Shown here piece by piece: positions 57,595 through 64,000 of a stretch of DNA of 64,000 nt. A program made the translations under genes and the position numbers. The first letter of the stretch is position 1. Every line of letters starts with the position of its first letter. The DNA is from an uncultured Gammaproteobacteria bacterium (GTDB lineage Bacteria > Patescibacteriota > Microgenomatia > UBA8517): the NCBI GenBank assembly GCA_964540475.1, contig CAZIMC010000002.1:111551-175550 (forward strand), in the 5' to 3' direction. A model generated the notes under the pieces. It ran no database searches and was not told the origin of the DNA. It was given only the letters and a program-made list of their open reading frames with translations.

Positions 57595-58604
57595 GCGTAG
57601 GACTGGATATAGGGTCTAAAACTATCAAGATAGTTGAGCTCTCTAAAGAAGGGAAAAGTGCCCAACTAGTTGCCTCTGGTGTAGTGGGATACAGCGGTAA
57701 CTCCCCGGATAAGATGGTTGAGGATCGCGAGTTTGCGGCTTTAGCAGAAATTGTCAAAAAGCTTCATAAAGAGGCTCGTATCAGTCAAAAAGAGGTAAAC
57801 ATTGCTCTTCCTGAACAGCTTGTATTCACAAGAGTCATAAAATTTCCCCTGCTAACAGACCAGGAGGTTAACGCTGCTGTCAAATGGGAGGCCGAGCAGT
57901 ATATCCCCATTCCTCTCTCGGAAGCGATTGTTCAGCATCAAATTTTAGAAAGAAGAGAAAATGCGTCTCCTCCCGAAGTCCTGGTCCTACTGGTTGCTGC
58001 CCCAAGGCTGGTTGTTGAGAAGTATCTTAAAGTGGTGGAGCTTGCAGGTTTAACTGCAATATCGATTGAGACCGAATTAACGGCACTTGTCCGGTGTCTT
58101 GCTCCAACGAATCTTACTTCGCTTGTTATCGACTTTGGTGCAACTTCAACCGATATAGCTATTGCAAAAAATGGCAGCCTCGTATTTTCCCGTTCAATAA
58201 CAACCGCTGGCGAGGCTTTTACAAGAGCTGTTGCACAAGCACTAGGGGTTGAGATAAATACTGCGGAAGAGTACAAGAGGACTTATGGTTTAACTACCCA
58301 GCTTGAAGGTAAAGTAAAAGGAGCGATTGACCCGGTATTTAGAGTTGTTGTTGATGAGGTTAAAAAAGCTATTCATTTTTATCAAACAGAGGAGAAAGGA
58401 GATGTGCCGGCCGCCATTATCCTTTCTGGTGGGACATCCGGAATGCCGGAAGCTATGAGCTTACTTTCCAAACATTTGGGTATCGAAGTGGTTGTTGGGA
58501 ATCCTTTCGAAAAGATAGCAATGGATGCGGATGTTTCCAGAACCATAGCTGCTTATGCTCCACTCTACCCGATTGCAATTGGTCTGGCTTTGGCAGGTGA
58601 ATAA
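57591..58604 (+). CDS. pilM: type IV pilus assembly protein PilM (actin-like ATPase fold)
   Basis: MSVGLDIGSKTIKIVEL... 337 aa. 4-bp overlap with the upstream gene. Confidence 0.85.
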   Translation: MSVGLDIGSKTIKIVELSKEGKSAQLVASGVVGYSGNSPDKMVEDREFAALAEIVKKLHKEARISQKEVNIALPEQLVFTRVIKFPLLTDQEVNAAVKWEAEQYIPIPLSEAIVQHQILERRENASPPEVLVLLVAAPRLVVEKYLKVVELAGLTAISIETELTALVRCLAPTNLTSLVIDFGATSTDIAIAKNGSLVFSRSITTAGEAFTRAVAQALGVEINTAEEYKRTYGLTTQLEGKVKGAIDPVFRVVVDEVKKAIHFYQTEEKGDVPAAIILSGGTSGMPEAMSLLSKHLGIEVVVGNPFEKIAMDADVSRTIAAYAPLYPIAIGLALAGE

Positions 58605-58610
58605 AACAAA

Positions 58611-59135
58611 ATGGCTAACATTAATTTAATTCCCACAGACCTTGCCCCCAAGGGTTCGGTTGTTAAACTTACAACAAACCTTAAAAGTGTAATTACGGTG
58701 GGGTTTATCATACTTATAATTTTTACTGTGGCTATTTCTTCACTGATTATTATTAACATATTTCAACTACAAGCAATTAGCCGGAGGGTCGAGGCTTTAA
58801 AAAGCTCAGTTACAACTTTGGAAGAAACTGAGCAGCGGTATGTTCTTCTTAAAGACCGCCTAAGGTGGGTAAAAGAAATTTATGCCCAGGAGCTGGCAGA
58901 CAAACAACTAACCAAATTTGAAAGCATAAATTCACTACTACCGGCTAATATTCGTGTTACTGAAATGCAGGCAACTAATGAGAGGCTAAGCTTAACTATT
59001 AGCTCAGCCTCTTCGTCTTCCCTTGTTGTCTTCATGTCTCAGATTACGGAAAACAGCGAATACGAAAACATTAGTCTTTCTAACTTTAGCTATTCGTCAG
59101 GGGTTGGTTACACAATGACGCTGGTTTTTCAATAG
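58611..59135 (+). CDS. pilN: type IV pilus assembly protein PilN
   Basis: MANINLIP. Single TM. Coiled coil. 174 aa. Position after pilM. Confidence 0.7.
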   Translation: MANINLIPTDLAPKGSVVKLTTNLKSVITVGFIILIIFTVAISSLIIINIFQLQAISRRVEALKSSVTTLEETEQRYVLLKDRLRWVKEIYAQELADKQLTKFESINSLLPANIRVTEMQATNERLSLTISSASSSSLVVFMSQITENSEYENISLSNFSYSSGVGYTMTLVFQ

Positions 59136-59136
59136 T

Positions 59137-59811
59137 ATGAAAAAAGACACCCTCCCGCCTGATATAAAGATGCTTCTTCCTACTGTGGGCCTTCTGTTGG
59201 GGCTCGTGCTAGCATTTATAATTGTAGGAAGAGTCGGCTTGTCGCAAATATCATCGCAGAGTCAGAAAATAAATGCTGCAAAAAGGGACGAAAACGCACT
59301 GACTCAAAAGGAGACCATACTAAAGGATGTAGAGGCAAACATCTTACCAACTGCTGATACATCGCTCTTGGCTGTACCTGACGTCAACCCTGCGCTCATG
59401 GCTATTGCGCAAGTTAAGGAATTAGCCTTTATGCAAGGTTTATTTGTGACTAACTTAAGAGCAGGTTCACCTAATGGTGAAAGTGGACTCGGTAATGTAC
59501 GGGTTTCATTGGATACCGAGGGCCCCCCCGATCAAATATTGGGATTTGTAAAAAGCATTAAGACCGTTGCACCAATAATAGGTGTTGAGAGACTGACCCT
59601 AACTGGCGAAGGCAACTTAACGGTTGCTAATATTTCTTTAGTTTCGTATTGGGCCCCGCTACCTGTGAAGATATCATCTTTAACAGAGCCGTTGTCGGGC
59701 TTAACTTCTGAGGAACAAACACTTTTAGATCTTCTTGGAAGTCTCACTGGGCCCTCCTTCTTTGAAACCCAGCCTGAAGAACCTGCTGGACGGCAAGACC
59801 CTTTTAATTAA
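59137..59811 (+). CDS. pilO: type IV pilus assembly protein PilO
   Basis: N-terminal TM. Coiled coil. 224 aa. Position after pilN. Confidence 0.6.
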   Translation: MKKDTLPPDIKMLLPTVGLLLGLVLAFIIVGRVGLSQISSQSQKINAAKRDENALTQKETILKDVEANILPTADTSLLAVPDVNPALMAIAQVKELAFMQGLFVTNLRAGSPNGESGLGNVRVSLDTEGPPDQILGFVKSIKTVAPIIGVERLTLTGEGNLTVANISLVSYWAPLPVKISSLTEPLSGLTSEEQTLLDLLGSLTGPSFFETQPEEPAGRQDPFN

Positions 59812-60032
59812 GAGACGGTTAAAAAGACCAGTTTTTTCTCGAGAGTTGCTCGTACTTTTAATAAGTTTCTTATCGCTTTAATTGTTCGCCCCTGCTTGCC
59901 AATTACTAGACCGGCTTTTTCTGAAGGCAGGCTAATATTAAAGTTAACCCGGTCCCCGTCTACTTCTTCGGTAACGGTGAAATTATTGTCCTTAATTATA
60001 TTTTCAATTAGGTAAGATAAAAGATCTTTCAT
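59808..60032 (-). CDS. KH-domain RNA-binding protein (YlqC/UPF0109-like)
   Basis: GKQGRTIKAIRNLL is the KH GxxG loop. Classic position next to rpsP. Confidence 0.7.
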   Translation of the reverse strand: MKDLLSYLIENIIKDNNFTVTEEVDGDRVNFNISLPSEKAGLVIGKQGRTIKAIRNLLKVRATLEKKLVFLTVS

Positions 60033-60256
60033 TTTGTTTTCTCTGCAAGTTTTTTGACAGCTGGTGTAACTTGCGCACCCTTATCTACCCAAGCGGTAAT
60101 TTTCTTATGATCAACTTTTATATAATCGTTATCTGGTTGCCAGTAACCTAAGGTGTCAAGAGGCTTGCCGGTAAGCTTTTCTTTTTCGTCAATAGCTACA
60201 ATCCGATAAAACGGTTTATTTCGCATTCCTTTTCTCTGTAATCTTATTTTAATCAT
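60029..60256 (-). CDS. rpsP: 30S ribosomal protein S16
   Basis: MIKIRLQRKGMRNKPFYRIVA. Confidence 0.9.
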   Translation of the reverse strand: MIKIRLQRKGMRNKPFYRIVAIDEKEKLTGKPLDTLGYWQPDNDYIKVDHKKITAWVDKGAQVTPAVKKLAEKTK

Positions 60257-60297
60257 AACTTGCCAATTATATCGTTATTTTTACTGATTTAAAAGTA

Positions 60298-60978
60298 TTA
60301 GGGTGTTAAGTGCTGCATTTTCAGGAGCGCCTTGGTTGCTGCTTCCTGTTCTGCCTCGCTTTTACTTTTCCCTTCGCCTGTTTCAAATGATTTTCCATCA
60401 ATTACGATTTCTATAACGAACTTCTTATTGTGATCAGGGCCGATTTCCTCCCGGACAATATATTTGGGAGCTTCTAAGCCTCTGGACTGTAGATATTCCT
60501 GGACCCTGCTTTTAGCATCCTTAAGAGGCGTTTTTATCTTTTCCTTTATATCAGCTAGCAGGTTTACTGATATGAACTTGTGAGCTGCGTCAATTCCCAA
60601 GTTAAGGTAAAGACTCCCAATGATGGCCTCAATAGTGTCCGCAAGAAGAGACGAGTTTTCCCGTCCCCCGCCATCATCCTCGCCTTTGGATAAAAATATT
60701 GCCTCTCCCACTTTAAGTTTTTTAGCAACTTCTGCCAGATTCACAGTATTTACAAGATTGGCCCTTAGAGCAGTTAAGTATCCTTCTTCTTTATCTGGAA
60801 ACATATTATAAATTTCTTTGGATACGATAAACTCTAAAACTGCATCTCCCAAAAACTCCAGTCTTTCGTTGCTTCCTCTAATTCCCGGATGTTCGTTTAC
60901 CCAGGATTTGTGGGTTAATGCCATATCAAAATCCTCAGAGTTACTAAATAATTCTTTGATCTGCTGAAGTGTATTCAT
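60298..60978 (-). CDS. rnc: ribonuclease III
   Basis: RNase III signature ERLEFLGDAVLE. C-terminal dsRBD. Confidence 0.9.
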   Translation of the reverse strand: MNTLQQIKELFSNSEDFDMALTHKSWVNEHPGIRGSNERLEFLGDAVLEFIVSKEIYNMFPDKEEGYLTALRANLVNTVNLAEVAKKLKVGEAIFLSKGEDDGGGRENSSLLADTIEAIIGSLYLNLGIDAAHKFISVNLLADIKEKIKTPLKDAKSRVQEYLQSRGLEAPKYIVREEIGPDHNKKFVIEIVIDGKSFETGEGKSKSEAEQEAATKALLKMQHLTP

Positions 60979-61208
60979 TATTCTTCGTAGGCGCTAGCAG
61001 CTTCAATCAAGTCGGCGACACTTTTTATTTCAGATAAATCAATTTTACTAGTATTTATGCCCTTCTCCTCAAGTAACTCAAGAAGGTCTGAAATGTCGGA
61101 AGGATTCATGTGCAAATCGTGAATCAAATGATCTTCCTCGTTAATGTCATCCTTTTCCACACCAATGTGGTTAGCTAAGACCTCTAACACCTGCTCGTTA
61201 ATATTCAT
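60978..61208 (-). CDS. acpP: acyl carrier protein-like
   Basis: 76 aa, acidic. DLHMNPSDISDLLELLEEK resembles the ACP DLGADSLD..EL region around the phosphopantetheine Ser. Confidence 0.5.
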   Translation of the reverse strand: MNINEQVLEVLANHIGVEKDDINEEDHLIHDLHMNPSDISDLLELLEEKGINTSKIDLSEIKSVADLIEAASAYEE

Positions 61209-61561
61209 AATAATTCCCCTTTGTAAATTGTACCCAAAACACCGTTAACAAAGGAAGGGGAATTTTCAGACCCAAATTCTTTTGCAAGTTCAACTGCCTC
61301 ATCAATTACTACTTTTGGAGGCTCCTTGCCTTCCTCAAGTTCATAAACGGCCAGTCTTAGAATTGCTAAATCTATCTTATTTAATTTTTCAATTGGCCAT
61401 GAAGGCGCGGCTGACTGAATTTTTTTATCAAGAGTACCTCTGGTTTCCCAAATTGCGGCAACTAAATCCTCTTCGGCCTTTTGTTTATAGAAACTATCAG
61501 CAAATAGTGCCTTAACAACACTGCGTCGTCTTTGGTGGCGAGGATCGCGGGTAGTCTTCAT
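61205..61561 (-). CDS. nusB: transcription antitermination factor NusB
   Basis: Start at M 61561 (MKTTRDPRHQRRRSVVKALF...). NusB helical fold motifs. Confidence 0.8.
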   Translation of the reverse strand: MKTTRDPRHQRRRSVVKALFADSFYKQKAEEDLVAAIWETRGTLDKKIQSAAPSWPIEKLNKIDLAILRLAVYELEEGKEPPKVVIDEAVELAKEFGSENSPSFVNGVLGTIYKGELL

Positions 61562-61731
61562 TATTTGGTTTGCGTGCCACCATAGTAGCCGCATGCCGGA
61601 CATGCTCTGTGGCTTAGTCTTAGTTTACCGCAGGATGGACAGGCAGTTAAAGCACCCAGCTTTAATTTTTGAGCGGAACGTCTTTTATTGCTTCTACTTC
61701 TTGTGTGTTTTTTCTTTGGTAACGGTGTCAT
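61561..61731 (-). CDS. rpmF: 50S ribosomal protein L32
   Basis: Start at M 61731 (MTPLPKKKHTRSRSNKRR...CPSCG...CPACGYY). Confidence 0.8.
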   Translation of the reverse strand: MTPLPKKKHTRSRSNKRRSAQKLKLGALTACPSCGKLRLSHRACPACGYYGGTQTK

Positions 61732-61768
61732 AGGGTGAATTGTATCAGGCTTAATGCAAAGCTTCAAG

Positions 61769-63823
61769 TTAGGGGGCGACCTCGCTCCAAATTAACCGCT
61801 TATTCCCGAAAAAGTTCGGGAAAAGCATCATTTGCTCAGGGGCATATTCAAAGAATTCAGCAGGGCTAGTGGCGTTGTTGCTACCCCGGTCCCTACCCAA
61901 ATTAAATCCATCGTATGCCACAAACGCTCCGCGACCATTAAATTGGCTGGGATATGTACCTGTAGACAATGTTCCTTCTGCTATGTATATGCCATGCAGG
62001 TCGTTAGCAGCATCGGCGCGGATCACAATATCACCTCTCAAGCCGTTCGATCGTTTTCCTACTATTGCCATAAAGAAACCTTGTCCAGGGTTTTGAATTG
62101 TTACATCTCCCCAAATATTTAGGTTCCCTCCGTCGACAAATAATATGACCTTTCTGCTTCCTGAAATATTTAGATGACTGCTCATATGGAAGTCACCATT
62201 AACACGAAACCATTCAAATCCGCGTGAAGCGGAGCTTGATACAAACGTGCCTTGAGTATATGAACTTCCTCCCGGTATTTGAACTATGTTCGGATAGACA
62301 TCAGCAGGGACTTGGCTCCAGAAATAATCATAATCATAAGTTCTTGAGTATGTTTGTGCATTTACTTTCCAATCAAAGTTTTGGCCAGAAACCCCTGTGC
62401 CAGTACCAGAGGTAAATTTCCCTGTGCCATTATAAATGTTTACACCCGGAAAGGTTGTGTTTAGTCCTGCCAGGTTAAAATTGGGTATACATGAACCAGT
62501 GCACGTTGGTGGAATTGGCGAAACTAGGTTGCCAAGTGAAAGAACGTCTCCTCCTCTAACTTGCCACCACGCGCCGGGTTGTCTGACTGTTACAATCTGG
62601 GCGTCAGTGGACCCACAGTCCGCATCTCTCGGATGTGGGTGAAGAGAGGTCTCGGAGTTATAATACGGACTACATTCATGTAGTCCGTCGTTCCATCCCC
62701 GACACGAAACATAGTAATTACAAGGGTATGTTGCACATGTTGGAGGCGTCCAGTTAACAGTGAGGGCACAAGTAGCGTTTTGGTTATTGCAGTTTGAATA
62801 TGCAATTTGAGTCCAACCAACGCTTGTTGCAGAGGTGTTGTATTGAATTGCCACATCTGCATCAACCGTCACATTTGTGTTTGGTCTAGGGACTGTAGCT
62901 GTTGCTGTAATCGTAACTGGGTCACCCGGAGAGACAGGGCTATTAGCCGAAATTGTACATGTTGGAAGCGGGGTGTAATGCCAGTACAAGTCTGCGTAGT
63001 AGAACGGATCCTCCGGACCTTTAGTTGACAAGATGGTGTCGTTACTAACCGTAACCGAAGAAGTTGGAGCTGGACAAGCCGGGTTGTGGCAGCCTATGTC
63101 GTTATAGCAAAGTGTTGCGCCTCTTTCATAGCCAGACAAATTGGGTGCGGTTACGGAATGTGTTTCCCCTGCGTTTAACGGAAAGCTAAAACCATATGGA
63201 TTTGAGGAGTTGGTTTGTGATCCGTCCATTGTAACGGCCTGGCTTATGGCAGGCTCTGACTGGTTAAATCCGCATCCCAGAGTTACATACCCCTTCCTTC
63301 CCTGTATAACGCCAGTTATTGGTGGTGGTGGTGGCGAGGGTGGTGGCGGAGAGGGGTCCGTAGTTCCGCATGACCCGCTACAACCGCTCCCATACGGGCC
63401 GTCCCACCCAGTTCCAGAACTATTACATCTATAGTAGCATCCGTTTCCTGTGTTTTGATGGCAACTGTTTGGTTGTGCCCACCCGTCACAAAGCGGTGTA
63501 GGGGTTGGGGTTGGACCGGTGCTGCAGCACCCCGGGGATATTTGGGAGAAACTACGGCCCCCTTGTGAACCACCTTGAGGTTCACAAGATGCAGGCCAAC
63601 ATCCAGAAGCCTGGCAATCATATTCTATTAAACACCAGCATTGGCCGTCTGCCCCCCAACCGCATTGACCAGGGTTTTCATACTGCACGCATTGGCTAAC
63701 TCCGCACTGAGTACCTGTCCATCCGCAGGATGCTCCACAAGCTGCAAATGTGGGTGTTGGCTTTACGGCAAAGAATATAAGCAAGAAGGTTGACAATATA
63801 AAAAACAATATTTTCGTAATCAT
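61769..63823 (-). CDS. large secreted Cys-rich protein with poly-Pro linker (putative surface/adhesin protein)
   Basis: Signal peptide MITKILFFILSTFLLIFFAVKP. CxxC/CGW-rich N-module. PPPPSPPPPP linker. About 500-aa C-terminal region rich in Gly/Asn/Thr/Ser. Confidence 0.5.
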   Translation of the reverse strand: MITKILFFILSTFLLIFFAVKPTPTFAACGASCGWTGTQCGVSQCVQYENPGQCGWGADGQCWCLIEYDCQASGCWPASCEPQGGSQGGRSFSQISPGCCSTGPTPTPTPLCDGWAQPNSCHQNTGNGCYYRCNSSGTGWDGPYGSGCSGSCGTTDPSPPPPSPPPPPITGVIQGRKGYVTLGCGFNQSEPAISQAVTMDGSQTNSSNPYGFSFPLNAGETHSVTAPNLSGYERGATLCYNDIGCHNPACPAPTSSVTVSNDTILSTKGPEDPFYYADLYWHYTPLPTCTISANSPVSPGDPVTITATATVPRPNTNVTVDADVAIQYNTSATSVGWTQIAYSNCNNQNATCALTVNWTPPTCATYPCNYYVSCRGWNDGLHECSPYYNSETSLHPHPRDADCGSTDAQIVTVRQPGAWWQVRGGDVLSLGNLVSPIPPTCTGSCIPNFNLAGLNTTFPGVNIYNGTGKFTSGTGTGVSGQNFDWKVNAQTYSRTYDYDYFWSQVPADVYPNIVQIPGGSSYTQGTFVSSSASRGFEWFRVNGDFHMSSHLNISGSRKVILFVDGGNLNIWGDVTIQNPGQGFFMAIVGKRSNGLRGDIVIRADAANDLHGIYIAEGTLSTGTYPSQFNGRGAFVAYDGFNLGRDRGSNNATSPAEFFEYAPEQMMLFPNFFGNKRLIWSEVAP

Positions 63824-64000
63824 TCAACTAATTGAACGTCAACAGCATAATAGTAATTATCTACATACTCAACTCGCGAGATTACTAGATCTCCGCTTCT
63901 GATATCCGAATTAGTTAGTTGAGTTAGTTTGTCAGGTAGTCCTTCCGGGTTGTAGGTTTCAATTTTGTAGTAGACTGTTTTTGGGTCGGTATATATTACA

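Overview
The window is a compact, gene-dense bacterial chromosome segment of roughly 40% GC, with short intergenic gaps and frequent 1-13 bp gene overlaps. The gene content points to a reduced-genome, Patescibacteria/CPR-like organism: RF1 lacks domain 1, HisRS is core-only, there is a short HolB and a lone acyl carrier protein, and a type IV pilus cluster with PilMNO but no secretin. That taxonomic reading is inference only; no rRNA is present to confirm it. Core genes identified are ychF, rpsF-ssb-rpsR, a Ctp protease, an HtrA protease, prfA, rpmE, a hisS-like gene, dnaB, tRNA-Leu(CAA), efp, an rluA-family gene, a Kef-type antiporter, yebC, xerC/D, gyrA, gyrB, ppa, a holB-like gene, and rpmF-nusB-acp-rnc-rpsP. 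Three regions stand out. (1) An integrase-bounded accessory island (about 3.0-9.7 kb). It ends in a large serine recombinase whose 3' end overlaps ychF. It carries an HNH-AP2 endonuclease, promoter/operator-like palindromes, and a two-gene cassette: a single-TM Rossmann-like protein followed by a small cGAS/DncV-/SMODS-like nucleotidyltransferase with an intact GS...DxD...D catalytic signature. This cassette is the best candidate for an undescribed nucleotide-signalling defence module. (2) A 1.16-kb AT-rich non-coding gap (32.5-33.7 kb). It contains a perfect DnaA-box 9-mer, a dif-like half-site and a strongly SD-preceded 31-codon hydrophobic peptide. (3) A complete type IV pilus locus (45.9-59.8 kb): pilB, pilT, pilC, a major pilin, pilD, ten class-III-signal pilin-like genes, a PilX-like gene and pilMNO. 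Two adjacent pilin genes share a perfect 301-bp direct repeat, a sign of module shuffling. The major-pilin leader contains a C6/G7 anti-SD pairing. Other oddities are an HExxH protein split over two overlapping frames beside an orphan ParB-like gene, and several hypothetical proteins. No CRISPR array and no rRNA were seen. Coordinates between about 2853 and 3694 may be off by +/-1 because the printed sequence and the ORF track disagree there.
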